IMG/VR virus record: IMGVR_UViG_3300022752_000023
Location: 32,001 to 96,000 of that record
Direction: 5' to 3' (one strand)
Origin: a virus
Length of the DNA stretch: 64,000 bases
The stretch's first letter is position 1, and each line of letters begins with the position of its first letter. A model generated the notes under the pieces. The model saw only the letters and a program-made list of their open reading frames with translations. It had not been told where the DNA came from and searched no databases. Below, one piece after another: positions 47,644 through 58,812 of the stretch. The translations under genes and the position numbers were made by a program.

Positions 47644-49030
47644 TCAGGCGCGGGCGTGGCGGTGACGATAAAGCTAATCGCTCTGTCAGGCTTGCCGCGT
47701 TTGAACGGAACGATAGTAAAGGTCTGCTGCTCTGTCGCAACAAGAAAGCCTAGGCGCTTTTCTAGGTCGAGGTGCGCGTCAAGATTTATAGTTTCTGCCG
47801 CATTTATGGCGGCTTTTTCGCTTTTAAACAAACCGATCATTTTGTCGCCATAGCCATACCGGTTTCGCCACATAACGAGATAGCCGCTAATGCCGTTGCG
47901 TAAGGCGGAGGGTGTGTATTTTTTAAGCCTATGACCTTCCAGATACGTTGCTGGTCGTCGAGCTAACGTTGGGTTGCGGGCTTTTGCGGCCGCTTGCTGT
48001 GTTTTCTTTCCACCCGAGGCGCGCGGAGCGCGCCTCTTCTTTTGCGTTTTTGACATTTCAGTCCTCTACTCCAAACTTGTCGATGTGCGCCAGTCTGGCG
48101 CAATAGAACTCCGCTACGAGCCCGGCTACGTCGCCGAACCGTTTGACCATGTCGGGAATTACCTGCTCGTTAAACACGCGCATAATAACTTTCCGAAACT
48201 TGGCTATCGCTTCTTTTGTGTAGCCCTCTTCTCGCGCTTTCTCTGCGGCTTTGCGGACATCGGCATTGCCGTCGAGTTGCAGTTGAAGATAAGCCGGGTT
48301 TACAAATTCGATTATATGCCCGTATACCTGTCTAACTTCGTACGAGCACGGGACGTCGAAAACGCCGCGGCCGGGCCAGCGTTCTCCGTTAACCGCGTCC
48401 TCTGACAGATATCGCAGCTTTCCCAGCGTCCAACCGAATGCCGCCGCGTCATCATTCGGTTCAGCCATGACAAAGGCTGGTTTTGGCGCTGGCGGTTGTT
48501 TGTCAAGTTTTGCTTTGCTTTTACGCGCCATAATTCACAATAGCTAAGAAAAATCGTGAGGGGTTAGTTCTGACTGCGTAGCCGGGGAGTCACATCAGCC
48601 GTCAAGGACGAACTAGATGTGCCCCGACTACACAGTCAGAACACGCTGCGGATTAGTCTCCGCAGTTGCAAGCAAGGTACGCATGGTACTGGGCTATAGC
48701 CTCAATATTAGGATCGATCTCTTTAAAAAATGGCCCAACATCATCCGTGGAGGCCATCTCACCCCGAAACATCGCGGTCGTATATTCGTGATACAGCCGG
48801 GCCATATCTCCGCGCAGTTTCTTCTTGGTGAATTTAAGCACGCGCTCCTTCAGAAAGGCAGCGCGTTCCCAGAAGTTCGGCAGCGCATCAAGCTGGTCCC
48901 GAAACTTCTCTGCAGTCTTCTCGAAAAGTTTATGCGCCCTATCAGGAACAATCTGAAACTCAGGCGCTGACTTCTTGCATCGAGCAGTGACTGCAAGGCG
49001 GATTTGCTCCGCCGGGGGCGAAAGAAGCAT
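47607..49030 (-). CDS. Three hypothetical genes (47607-48056, 48058-48531, 48653-49030)
   Basis: Collinear ORFs of 125-157 aa. Confidence 0.65.
48567..48642 (-). ncRNA. Long rod-like hairpin RNA element (76 nt)
   Basis: GTTCTGACTGTGTAGTCGGGG...CCCCGGCTACGCAGTCAGAAC pairs fully on the minus strand using G.U wobbles, with an inner CACATC/GATGTG helix. Confidence 0.55.
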
Positions 49031-49320
49031 GCGTTAACTCCCTTGTAACGCTGTGAAGAAGAGCTGCTGATACGACACAGCAGCGACAATAAATATGCCG
49101 CGATTTTGGCAAAAATTTAGTCGCCGTTCGGAGTTTGCGAAAAGCGAAAGTGCCTGTCATTACAGGACTTACGGCGCGATTAGTCGTGTTCTGGAAAATG
49201 GAAAATGCAATCGCCGCCCCGCGCTGCCTAAGAGCATGAAGCCCGGAGGTTACGTGGCACGTAACCTTTCGGCAGACCGCAGGGCGGCGAAAGATCGCAG
49301 CCTACGCGTGGCAGGTGCGG

Positions 49321-50803
49321 CTAGAAAGTCAGCTGCACAACTTGGCCTCCCGCGTTAATATACACAACGCGGATCTTTTTGGCGTCGAGCAGCGATTTGA
49401 GCTGTGTCTTTTTTTCCATACTTAAACCGGCAAGACACGATTTAATTTGAGCCATGGCGCTGCGGCGTTTTTCTTGTCGTTTTTGCGCGCACGCACTGCA
49501 ACCGTTACCGTTCGCCCGAAATAAATCGCGCTTGTTGTAAAAACAAGGGATGGACTCCGCGTACGTGGGGTCGTTCAGTAAAGATATTATTGTGCTGTCT
49601 TCGAGCACTACCATATCGCGCATAACAACCTCACGGAGGCGGGGCTTGGACAGGCGGCGGACCGATCCATGTTTCTCCGCCCGGCAAAAGTGTGTCTGCA
49701 ATATCGAGCGTATCTTTGAGTCGTTGAACGTCTTCGACGACATCTTCGATAAACGCTTTGACTTCAGCGCGCGACCGTAGCAACACGTCGACATAGTTCA
49801 GTCGAAACCACGCCGGGCGATGATTCGGAATTGGGTCGTCTTCGGGATACTCTTCTAGATCGGTCGGGGAACATACGTGATCAAATGCGCCCACCTGTTC
49901 GTTTGCGCCCGGCTTGAGCGGCAGCATCTGGTACGCAAAGATCTTGGTTGGCATGTCTACGGCGTCACTGGCGGTAATGCGCACACGAATGCCGTCAGTC
50001 GTGTCAAAGTTATACCGGCTGACTTGCCACGAAAGTTTGACGCGGCGACCGTTATTGGGCGCAGGCGGCGGGTCGATATTGGGCGTGTAAAAATTCAGCC
50101 CGAGCGTTTCCGGTAATTCGATAATACCGTCGATTGGATCGGGTTGGCAGTTTGTCATGTTATTCCTGCTCCGGTAAAACGCGGGCGGCAACGTTAACAA
50201 TGCCCGGCGTGGTTGATCGCACGTACGCCAGTGCTAGACCCGCGTCGTCGGTTGGGCCCGGTTGTGTGATTTGAGCGGTGGGCACGTCGGCCACGATTTC
50301 TACTTGGCGGCCGGCGACGGGTCGATTCCAGTGGTCGCGTAACCGAATTTTGACTACCGCTGCTTTTACGCCGTTTGCGCGCACTTGCGGTTTCGAACCG
50401 TACAACAGCTTCGAGCGCGTCGGGCTTACGTAGCTCATGGGTAGGTGTGCCTCTGCGGCGCCGTGCCGTCCGGTGGCGCATAATATATTGTAACACCCGT
50501 CGTTTCGTTGTTTGGTGTTTTAGCGACGAACTGAATAAATTGTCGCATCAGTTCTTGGTCGCTTTCTTTTGACGCGTTTAAAATATCAATAAACGCGGTC
50601 ACGCACGGCGTTAAAACGTTGTTATCCGCGCGGCAGCGACAACCACGTTCTTTTGCCGATTGATCGTAAGCAGCGTGGCAACTCTCGAATTTTTCTTTTA
50701 ACGCCAGCATTCCGGGGACGGCTGTAAAGAACGCATCCTGCCGCCCAAACTGCATTATGTTATCGCGGCTAATCGAAATCATGCGCGTAATACGCGGCGT
50801 CAT
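49321..50803 (-). CDS. End of the structural operon: 50435-50803, 50160-50438 (Big_1/invasin-like Ig domain), 49631-50158 and 49321-49623
   Basis: 50160-50438 reads VRANG..AAVVKIRLRD..NRPV.G..V.......TDDAG.A.AYVRSTTPG.V.V.A, a Big_1 pattern. Two of the others carry CxxC/CxC motifs. Confidence 0.65.
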
Positions 50804-50855
50804 AACGTGGTCCTCGGGGTTATGGTCGCATTCTAATCGGTATGTACAAATGACG

Positions 50856-51758
50856 CTATGCTTGTGCGGCGGCTTTAACGGCCGCGCGTAATGTCGCGTT
50901 TGTTTGTAGCTCAGAAATTAGCTGAGCTAACGTTAGTTCACCGTGCGGCCCTGTCGGCCCTGTGGCGCCCATGTTGCCGCACGGTCCCGTAGCGCCCGTA
51001 TGCCCCACCCCGCTCGGCCCGGTAACACCTTGCGGCCCGGCAGGGCCTGTAACGCCGCGTGGACCGGTCGCGCCCTGAATGCCGGTGGACCCCGCGGACC
51101 CGCGTTCGCCCGCCGGACCCCGAGACCCCGTCGCACCTTGCGGGCCTTGTGCGCCCTGCAGTCCGCGAGCGCCCTGCGGCCCCATTAAACCCTGCGGCCC
51201 AATTAAGCCCTGCGGGCCTTGCGCGCCCTGTGGACCGCGATCCCCCGTCGGACCAGTCTGCCCGCGGGGGCCGGTCGCTCCGGTCGCTCCGGTGACGCCG
51301 GTAGTCCCGGCGGGGCCGTTTGTGCCCGGCAGCCCGCGGGGGCCTGTCGGGCCTGTAGGGCCTGTGGGGCCTGTGGGGCTTCGCGGGCCGGTAGGACCTG
51401 CCGCGCCCGTAGGTCCGGTAGGACCTGTCGCGCCCATACGCCCAGTAGGACCTGCCGTGCCCGTAGCTCCCGTGGCGCCTGTTGTACCGGTGACCCCTGT
51501 CATGCCAGTTACGCCGATTCTCCCGGTCGGCCCGGTCAGTCCGGTTGCGCCTCTGTCCCCTTTGTTTCCCGTGGTTCCCTGCGGCCCTTGCGGTCCGCGC
51601 GCGCCAGCCGGACCCGTCGGACCGATTGGTCCCGGATCTCCTTGTGGCCCTTGCGGGCCCGCGGGACACACGCCGCAGCCGTTGGTATTAGCCAGCGGCG
51701 AACCGCCATACGGCACGAACTCAATCTGGTCGTCGTCGTTATTTAACTGGTCTGTCAT
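50856..51758 (-). CDS. Collagen-like fiber protein (300 aa)
   Basis: About 240 residues of near-continuous Gly-X-Y after CGVCP, then a C-terminal helix. Confidence 0.85.
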   Translation of the reverse strand: MTDQLNNDDDQIEFVPYGGSPLANTNGCGVCPAGPQGPQGDPGPIGPTGPAGARGPQGPQGTTGNKGDRGATGLTGPTGRIGVTGMTGVTGTTGATGATGTAGPTGRMGATGPTGPTGAAGPTGPRSPTGPTGPTGPTGPRGLPGTNGPAGTTGVTGATGATGPRGQTGPTGDRGPQGAQGPQGLIGPQGLMGPQGARGLQGAQGPQGATGSRGPAGERGSAGSTGIQGATGPRGVTGPAGPQGVTGPSGVGHTGATGPCGNMGATGPTGPHGELTLAQLISELQTNATLRAAVKAAAQA

Positions 51759-51759
51759 G

Positions 51760-54700
51760 TTATGTATTTAAAATTGCGCGCAACGCGTTTTGGAGGTTTG
51801 TGTTTGACCCGAGCTGCGCAATAAATTCATTTAAAAACGCGGACGATTTAACGAGTTCGGCAACGTTAATTGTGATACTGCCGTTGATGTTATTTGTGTT
51901 TGCGGTAATTGTACCGCTACCGAACGCCGCTGGTGTAAATGTAATTATACCGCTTGTCGGTATCGCGCCGGTTGCGCCCTGCGGGCCTGTTGCGCCAGTA
52001 GCGCCTACATTTCCGCACGGGCCTGTCGCGCCGTTCGCGCCCGCCGGACCCCGAGACCCAGTCGCACCTTGCGGTCCTGTGTCGCCGCGCGGACCTCGCG
52101 GGCCGACAGGCCCTGTTACACCACGCAGCCCCTTTTCGCCTGTTAAACCTGTAACGCCGGTTGCGCCCTGCGGCCCGGGCAAGCCTGTACAGCCGGTTGC
52201 ACCTTGCGGGCCAGTTTGTCCCGTTATACCGGTTGCGCCGGTAATGCCGTCTAAATAAACAACTGTTTCTGTTCCATCTAAAACAACTACCGCGCCGCGT
52301 GGACCGGTCGCGCCGCGCATACGACCAAGATAAGTCCAGTAACCGGGCACAACATCGTCGGCGCCGCGCCACACATATGTAAACGTGTTTAGATGATCCA
52401 GCGGGTCATCGTTTAATTCGATTGACCACGCGTCGCCCGCTCTAGGTGTCTGACTAACCCCAGCTTGATTTATTATTTTTGTCGGCAAATCGTCGACCGA
52501 ATATAGCGGCGTTAGGTAAAATGTTTGATCTGACGGCGTGGCTGTCCAGATATAAGTACCAGAATAAGCAGGTAACGGGTTTTCAATTAGACAGCCAAGC
52601 TCGCCAATTTTGTTGATGTCGCCGTTAATAAGAACTTGCGCAATAACTGCCGTAAACTCTTCACTAAATTCTCTGTTTTCATCAATAACAGCTTTTACTG
52701 TGTCGCAGTCGTACAGCGCATTATTGCCAATGTAAAACCAACCAGATTCTTCTGTAGTTGTTTTGGTGTTGCAAAAAAGGCCGTCGGGGGACAGCGGCAA
52801 ATAAATGTACGCGTCGCCTTCCTGCGCGGGATATTTCGCGTTGCGAAACGCCGCACTTGCAATGAATTTTACTTCCGGGTCTTCTATTGCGTTTATTTGC
52901 TCATAAAATTCGTTGGTTTTTTGGGCCCCGCGGGCCGATAGATATACAACACTGCCGCGAACAAACGGCGCGCGTGCATTGCTATTCGGGTTGTTGCGGT
53001 TCGAACCGCTATGTCCAAATTTATAAGGAAAGTCATACGCGACACCGAGCATGCGTACACCCACAGCGTCAGTGCCGTTGCGGCCGTCGCGGCCGCGTCT
53101 ACCGCCGGCCGGGCCTTGCGGCCCGGCCGGGCCTCTGGCGCCGGTGGCCCCGGTGGCGCCAGCGACTCCTGTCGCGCCTTTGGGGCCGGTATAGCCAGTT
53201 AAACCGCGGACGCCTGTCGCGCCGGCGGGCCCTTGCGCGCCGTTAGTGCCGTTTATACCCGCAGGGCCTGTGGCACCAGTCGCGCCGCTTGGTCCGGTTA
53301 TACCTCGGGGCCCCGTCAAGCCGGCGGGGCCTTGCGGGCCTGTTGCGCCTTGCGCGCCGGTATTACCTCTTGGCCCGGCGGAGCCGGCCCGACCGGCTGG
53401 GCCTTGCGGGCCTGTTGCGCCCCTATTTCCTGCGGGGCCTGTAGGGCCTGTTGGGCCTGTTGGGCCCTGACTACCTGTGGCGCCAGTCGCGCCGCGAGCG
53501 CCTGTCGCGCCGGCGGCGCCAGCATCGCCTGTACAACCCGTCGGCCCCGTTTCGCCTTGCGGTCCAATAATACTAATACCGGGAACGCCCTGCGGACCGA
53601 TGGCGCCGGTGTCACCCTTCTCGCCCTTTTCTCCCTTTTCGCCTTTAAGTCCTTGCGGCCCCTGCATACCCTCCATGCCCGTAAACCCTTGCGGGCCGCG
53701 GGGGCCGGGAACACCTTGATTGCCTTTATCGCCTTTATCGCCTTTATCGCCTTTTTCTCCTTGATCGCCTTTATCGCCTTTATCGCCTTTATTGCCTTTA
53801 TCGCCTTTTTCTCCTTGATCGCCTTTTTCTCCTTGATTACCGGCTGGTCCCGTCGGGCCCTGTTCACACTTACCGCCACCACCGCCGCCGCTGCTGCTGC
53901 TTGGACAAGCTGTTGTGTTTAAATTAATGTTAACCGTTAATTCGCCGCTCTCTAAGTTGTAGTCAATCGTGCCTGTGCCTATTCCGGTTGGTGTAATGTT
54001 TACTGTGCCGCCAGATACACCGGTCGGAATATACGCGTAGCCGCCGACTTTGTACTTACACCAATCGGTTTCAAGTAGGTCGACAAAAATTTCTGGTGTG
54101 CCGCCGCCGTACGGCCGCATTTCTATGTGGCTGCCTTCAAATGTTGGTACACATGGTTTTGGGACATAGATACCCAGTTCAATGTCGTAAATACACGTAG
54201 GCGGCTCATCAGGCGACGAGCCTTCAATAGGTGTCGGTAGCACACTCGCCGTGCCGTATGGGTCGCCGTCTGTTTCTACAACATCAACATTAACTCTAAT
54301 TTCTGGGCACGGCGCCGGCGGGCACTTTGGTATCCAGATGTACGGCGTCAGCTTGAACTCACAAAGATCAAGCTGCTCTACCAGAATCTCAGCGCGCGGC
54401 TCGATGCCGCAGCCCGTCAGCGCAATACCCTCACTGCCGTGGATCTTCGGAATACACGGTTTTGGTATCCCGATATACAGCGGCAATACAACGTCGCAGA
54501 AATAGCCCGGATCAAAATTGAACACCGGGCCGGCGGCGAACGCGTACGGATCGGCCTGCGGCGGCAAGACGTTCATGTCCACCACGAGCGATACAGTCGT
54601 GCATGGTGGTTTTGGAATCGGAATAAACAGCTCAATATCAATTTCGTAACAACATACTGGCGGATCGTTTGTGCCGCGTTTTTCGTCGTATTCGGCGCAT

Positions 54701-57120
54701 TTTTGGATATCAAATTTGATTTGTTGCTGTACGTCGTACCCAACGGCTGACTGCAGATTTTTTACTCTGAATTGTGTGCACGGCGGCCGCGGTGTTGGAA
54801 TATCAATGTGTATATCAAACAAAAAGTTGCACGTGCCGGGGTCGTCGCATGTCGGCGGCGTTGGGACGGGGAAGAGGTTGAAAAAGCTAAGCGTGTTACT
54901 CAACCGGCCACCCGGGCCGTCTTGATAATGACTGTTGACGGTTAAAAAACGTGAAATGATCGGGCAGCGCGGACGAGGAATAGGCACTACGATTTCGAGT
55001 TCAATTTCAAAATCGCAGCGTTCTGGTTGATCGCAGCCCGCCGCCGGTGTCGGATTTTTTGTAATCTCAAAACGCGACTGCCCGGTCGCGCAACTTGTGC
55101 CCGCAAAACCTGTTTTAACTGTAAACAGTTTTTTTGTGATCTCAATGCACGGTGGCGGCGGGATCGGTACGACAATTTCTAGTTCGACGTCAAAATTGCA
55201 TTGATTTGGTGTGTTGCAGTCACCTTCTTGAGGGTCTGGAGTAATTTCAAAACGATTTGTTTTGCCTTGTACGCAAACAGAATTACTAAAACCTGTTGAT
55301 ACTTCAAATGTTTTGACATTAATGTTTGGACACGGCGGCTGCGGAATTGGCACATCAATTGTCAACTCAACGTCAAATTGACACTGATCTGGTGTATTGC
55401 AATCTCCGTCTATATGGTTCGGCGCAATCTCAAACTTTGAACTGCTGTTTGTGTCGCAATTTGGGTCGTCATATTTGACATTAACTTCAAATTTTGTGGT
55501 GTTAATTATTGGACAAAACGGGCGCGGAATTGGGACGATAATTTCTAGCTCGACGTCGAAGTTGCATTGATTTGGTGTATTGCAGTCACCTTCTTGCGGG
55601 TCGGGCGTGATTGTGAACGTTGACCCGCGTTGCGTGCATGTAGCGTCACTAAAACCCGTAATAACGTTTAACGTCGGCGGGTTAATTACCGGACACGGCG
55701 TGCGCGGAATTGGGACGACAATTTCTAGCTCGACGTCGAAAGCGCATTGATCGTGATTATTGCAGTCTCCCAGTGTGTGATTTGGAGTGATCGTAAAAGT
55801 TGAGCCGCCTTCCGCACAGGACGAATCACTAAAACCGGTTTTTACTGCAAGCTTTGATGCGTTAATTATTGGGCAAAACGGCCGCGGAATTGGAATGTTA
55901 ATTTCAAGTTCGACGTCAAATTCGCAGCGGTCTGGGTTGTTGCAGTCGCCGCGTGTGTGGTTTGGACTAATGACAAACCTTGACGGATCCACAGAGCAAG
56001 CGCCATCATTAAACGATGTCGTGATGCTCAGTATGGGTTGATTAATTGTCGGGCACGGGGTACGCGGGATCGGTACATTAATTTCAAGTTCAAAATTAAA
56101 TTCGCACTGCTCGGGTGTATTGCAGTCGCCGGCTACGTGATTTGTTGTGATTTCAAATCGGTTTTGATTTGCTCCGTTAACGCAAGCAAAGTCGGAAAAA
56201 CCTGTCCTGAAAATGAGGGTTGGCGGATTTAAAATCGGGCACGGCGTACGCGGAATAGGAATCAAAAGCTCAAGCTCAACGTCAAATTGACATTGATCCG
56301 GCGTGTTGCAGGCGGTGTTGCCGGGTGTGTGGTTCGGCGTGATGCTAAAAAAGTTTTGCTTATCGTCTAGGCAGGGCGAATCAGAAAAACCGCTGTCGAC
56401 CGAAAATTTTATGAGATTGATTGATGGGCACGGGGTGCGCGGAATGGGTATAGCGATTTCAAGTTCGACCTCAAACTGGCACGGGTCATCTGTAGTGCAG
56501 TTGCCCGGCGTAATAACAGGGTTAATCGAAAATTTGTTTTGCTTACCTAGCAGGCACACGTCATCTGCGTACCCTAAGTACACACCAAAATCGGCTATAA
56601 AAATTTGCGGGCACGGTGTTTTGGGTACCGGGATTTGAAGGTCCAAATCAATAACAAATTCGCACTGATCAGGCGTATTGCAGTCGCCCGGGGTAATGAT
56701 CGGCGTGACGCGAATTTCGCTTCTGGGTGTAATGCAGTCTTGATAACCAACTTCAAGGCCAAACTCACCGGCCGTAATTGTCGGGCACGGCGTACGCGGG
56801 ATCGGGATATTGATATCAAGCGCGACGTCGTAGCGGCACGGATCAATATCTTGTCGCGTAATTGTCAGTTCGTTTTTTGGCGGCGGACAGCCGTCGTTGC
56901 CCTCGTCGACAAAGTTGACGCCGATAGATGTCAGCGTCGAAAAATCTGGACAGCGTGTGCCGACCTCTGTCGGGGGCTCGCGCGGAATGATTGGCGCTTG
57001 GCACCCGTAGATCGGCGGCGGTAGCGGTTCAATTTCGCAGATTGACGAAATAAAATCGAAATCCACCTTCGGGGTGGGCTCAATCGGGCACTGCGAATTT
57101 TTGAAAAGATTTTCGAGCAT
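51760..57120 (-). CDS. Giant fiber protein (1786 aa): ~17 Cys-rich ~60-aa repeats plus two collagen segments
   Basis: Repeat IPIPRTPCP...GF.D..C...F.ITP...[16 protein letters not shown], Gly-X-Y tracts and GDAY/GDAW modules. Confidence 0.85.
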   Translation of the reverse strand: MLENLFKNSQCPIEPTPKVDFDFISSICEIEPLPPPIYGCQAPIIPREPPTEVGTRCPDFSTLTSIGVNFVDEGNDGCPPPKNELTITRQDIDPCRYDVALDINIPIPRTPCPTITAGEFGLEVGYQDCITPRSEIRVTPIITPGDCNTPDQCEFVIDLDLQIPVPKTPCPQIFIADFGVYLGYADDVCLLGKQNKFSINPVITPGNCTTDDPCQFEVELEIAIPIPRTPCPSINLIKFSVDSGFSDSPCLDDKQNFFSITPNHTPGNTACNTPDQCQFDVELELLIPIPRTPCPILNPPTLIFRTGFSDFACVNGANQNRFEITTNHVAGDCNTPEQCEFNFELEINVPIPRTPCPTINQPILSITTSFNDGACSVDPSRFVISPNHTRGDCNNPDRCEFDVELEINIPIPRPFCPIINASKLAVKTGFSDSSCAEGGSTFTITPNHTLGDCNNHDQCAFDVELEIVVPIPRTPCPVINPPTLNVITGFSDATCTQRGSTFTITPDPQEGDCNTPNQCNFDVELEIIVPIPRPFCPIINTTKFEVNVKYDDPNCDTNSSSKFEIAPNHIDGDCNTPDQCQFDVELTIDVPIPQPPCPNINVKTFEVSTGFSNSVCVQGKTNRFEITPDPQEGDCNTPNQCNFDVELEIVVPIPPPPCIEITKKLFTVKTGFAGTSCATGQSRFEITKNPTPAAGCDQPERCDFEIELEIVVPIPRPRCPIISRFLTVNSHYQDGPGGRLSNTLSFFNLFPVPTPPTCDDPGTCNFLFDIHIDIPTPRPPCTQFRVKNLQSAVGYDVQQQIKFDIQKCAEYDEKRGTNDPPVCCYEIDIELFIPIPKPPCTTVSLVVDMNVLPPQADPYAFAAGPVFNFDPGYFCDVVLPLYIGIPKPCIPKIHGSEGIALTGCGIEPRAEILVEQLDLCEFKLTPYIWIPKCPPAPCPEIRVNVDVVETDGDPYGTASVLPTPIEGSSPDEPPTCIYDIELGIYVPKPCVPTFEGSHIEMRPYGGGTPEIFVDLLETDWCKYKVGGYAYIPTGVSGGTVNITPTGIGTGTIDYNLESGELTVNINLNTTACPSSSSGGGGGGKCEQGPTGPAGNQGEKGDQGEKGDKGNKGDKGDKGDQGEKGDKGDKGDKGNQGVPGPRGPQGFTGMEGMQGPQGLKGEKGEKGEKGDTGAIGPQGVPGISIIGPQGETGPTGCTGDAGAAGATGARGATGATGSQGPTGPTGPTGPAGNRGATGPQGPAGRAGSAGPRGNTGAQGATGPQGPAGLTGPRGITGPSGATGATGPAGINGTNGAQGPAGATGVRGLTGYTGPKGATGVAGATGATGARGPAGPQGPAGGRRGRDGRNGTDAVGVRMLGVAYDFPYKFGHSGSNRNNPNSNARAPFVRGSVVYLSARGAQKTNEFYEQINAIEDPEVKFIASAAFRNAKYPAQEGDAYIYLPLSPDGLFCNTKTTTEESGWFYIGNNALYDCDTVKAVIDENREFSEEFTAVIAQVLINGDINKIGELGCLIENPLPAYSGTYIWTATPSDQTFYLTPLYSVDDLPTKIINQAGVSQTPRAGDAWSIELNDDPLDHLNTFTYVWRGADDVVPGYWTYLGRMRGATGPRGAVVVLDGTETVVYLDGITGATGITGQTGPQGATGCTGLPGPQGATGVTGLTGEKGLRGVTGPVGPRGPRGDTGPQGATGSRGPAGANGATGPCGNVGATGATGPQGATGAIPTSGIITFTPAAFGSGTITANTNNINGSITINVAELVKSSAFLNEFIAQLGSNTNLQNALRAILNT
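53714..53841. repeat. 9-bp tandem repeat (TCGCCTTTA variants) encoding GDK/GEK/GDQ triplets
   Basis: Directly visible near-perfect tandem copies. Confidence 0.85.
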
Positions 57121-57121
57121 G

Positions 57122-58033
57122 TTAGGTGCAGTTAACTTGTGCGTTTGGTTTCTTTTGTACAGTGATTGTCCCGTCGTCGATCAGGATGTTAACGCCAGCG
57201 CCGCCGATTATGTTTACGTTTGCTCCGCCGACGCCGTTGATCGTTGAGATGATCTCGTTGCACGCGGGGCCGCCACTGTAGAATTTGCTGTCGGGCGGCA
57301 ACGGCTCGTTGGGGTATAGCGGTAATTCTCCATTATTTTGGCATAACTCGTCGCTTGTCGCGCCGGCACCAGCGCCCTTAGCCGCGGTCACAGCGAGTTC
57401 GTTTGCTCGGTCTGTTTGCGTAATCAGACAGTTATACCCGTCTTTTAATCTAATGTCGCCCTTCATGCAGCGCGCGTTTAGCAGAATCGGGCGCGCATCG
57501 TTTGTGCTGGGTGCGTCGCACGGCGGCACCGTAACCCGCGCGTAATTACCGACACTGATCGAACGCAAATACGTTTTGTTTAAATTCTGAATGCGGCTTG
57601 GCTCGACTTGATAATCGTTCGGTTGCAGTGTCCAAATACCGTTGACAGCCGCGCTCGCGAACGTGGCTGTTAATTTCTCTAACGGCCCGGTCACTAAAAA
57701 CCCAGACCAAATCGGTTCTTCTGCGCACGGGTTTGCGACATCTGCAGCCGACTCGCTGTGTTCTAACGCCCACTCGCCGGAATCGGACCGCGTGAACGAT
57801 ATCGTTGTGTTACTGGCATTTGTGCTGAACACAAACTCGAACAAGCTGCCGGTTTTTTTAACTGCCGACAACCACACCGTGTGCGCAGTTTCTTCGTAGT
57901 GCGCGTCTAACCCCATGATAAAACCGGCGTCAAGAATTGCGCTGGTCGGCAAGGCTGGTAGGGTAGCGGGCTTGTTGTAGATAAACGGATACGCGCGATA
58001 TTCGTTATCGTTGTAAAATCCGGGACGTGGCAT
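57122..58033 (-). CDS. Putative tail/baseplate protein (NxxRxYP family)
   Basis: FYNDNEYRAYPF...ILDA; C-terminal ISTINGV. Confidence 0.6.
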   Translation of the reverse strand: MPRPGFYNDNEYRAYPFIYNKPATLPALPTSAILDAGFIMGLDAHYEETAHTVWLSAVKKTGSLFEFVFSTNASNTTISFTRSDSGEWALEHSESAADVANPCAEEPIWSGFLVTGPLEKLTATFASAAVNGIWTLQPNDYQVEPSRIQNLNKTYLRSISVGNYARVTVPPCDAPSTNDARPILLNARCMKGDIRLKDGYNCLITQTDRANELAVTAAKGAGAGATSDELCQNNGELPLYPNEPLPPDSKFYSGGPACNEIISTINGVGGANVNIIGGAGVNILIDDGTITVQKKPNAQVNCT

Positions 58034-58812
58034 TAGATCACGCTCCTACCAACAGTATCGACAACAATTGTCTCGCCGTCAGGATAAATTCGCAACACGG
58101 CGTCTGGCGCCGCTTGATTTGTTGCGGTGAACGTAAAATTGCCGAACTCGTCCGGCCCGCACCCGTTGATGGTTTTTAAGTATCGCTTGTTCGGAAAATC
58201 GGCGCCCTGCTGCGGTTCGCAGAGAAAGCGACGAAATAACGGAACGCCGACGATATCGATACGAATGACGTGCGGCCCTTCTTGTCGCAGTACTACACCT
58301 TGATCGCCAACAAACCATATGTCGCCGGTAAGAAACTGCTTTGTCTCCGGGCGAATTGCGCGTACGCCCGGCTCATTGGCTGGAATAACGACACTACTTA
58401 CAAATTCAGTTTGATCTATTTCAAACGTGTAAGTACCGGTACCCCAACCAGAGAAGCGCGCTAACGCCGTTGGCGTCGACAGCAGCATGCCAGCGGGGCG
58501 ACCATACTGATCTTCAAAAAGCAACACGCCGTCTGTCGGCGGACTCAATGGGTTGTAGGTCGCTGCAACTCTCGCGCTTAGTTCTTCGTCGCCAACGTTG
58601 ATAATCACGCTCTGTGGCGCAATAACGATTGACGATATGTACACGCGTTGAAAACCACCAATGATAAAAAACGACGCGTCTATGAACGTATCCGGCGCAA
58701 TCTGTATCTCCGCCGCCGTCTCGCTTTGAAGACCGGCTGAATCGGCAAACGGGTAGCGCGAAGCTTCTTGTTCGTCGCGAAATTCTGGAAATAGGATACG
58801 TGCGCCAGACAT
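58033..58812 (-). CDS. Putative tail/baseplate protein (NxxRxYP family)
   Basis: FRDEQEASRYPF...FIDA; LKTINGCGPDEFGNF. Confidence 0.6.
   Translation of the reverse strand: MSGARILFPEFRDEQEASRYPFADSAGLQSETAAEIQIAPDTFIDASFFIIGGFQRVYISSIVIAPQSVIINVGDEELSARVAATYNPLSPPTDGVLLFEDQYGRPAGMLLSTPTALARFSGWGTGTYTFEIDQTEFVSSVVIPANEPGVRAIRPETKQFLTGDIWFVGDQGVVLRQEGPHVIRIDIVGVPLFRRFLCEPQQGADFPNKRYLKTINGCGPDEFGNFTFTATNQAAPDAVLRIYPDGETIVVDTVGRSVI

Noticed and set aside
49224-49275. Hammerhead ribozyme (GAAA-stem-UC seen on the minus strand)
   Set aside because: The required CUGANGA core is absent; only UUA occupies that position.
50933-53922. Long alternative-frame and antisense ORFs (e.g. KAIKAIK, PVGPVGP, IAFIAF)
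   Set aside because: These are shadows of the Gly-X-Y collagen codon periodicity.
50856-57120. Diversity-generating retroelement acting on the fibers
   Set aside because: There is no reverse transcriptase in the window, and the shared repeats do not show adenine-specific mismatches.
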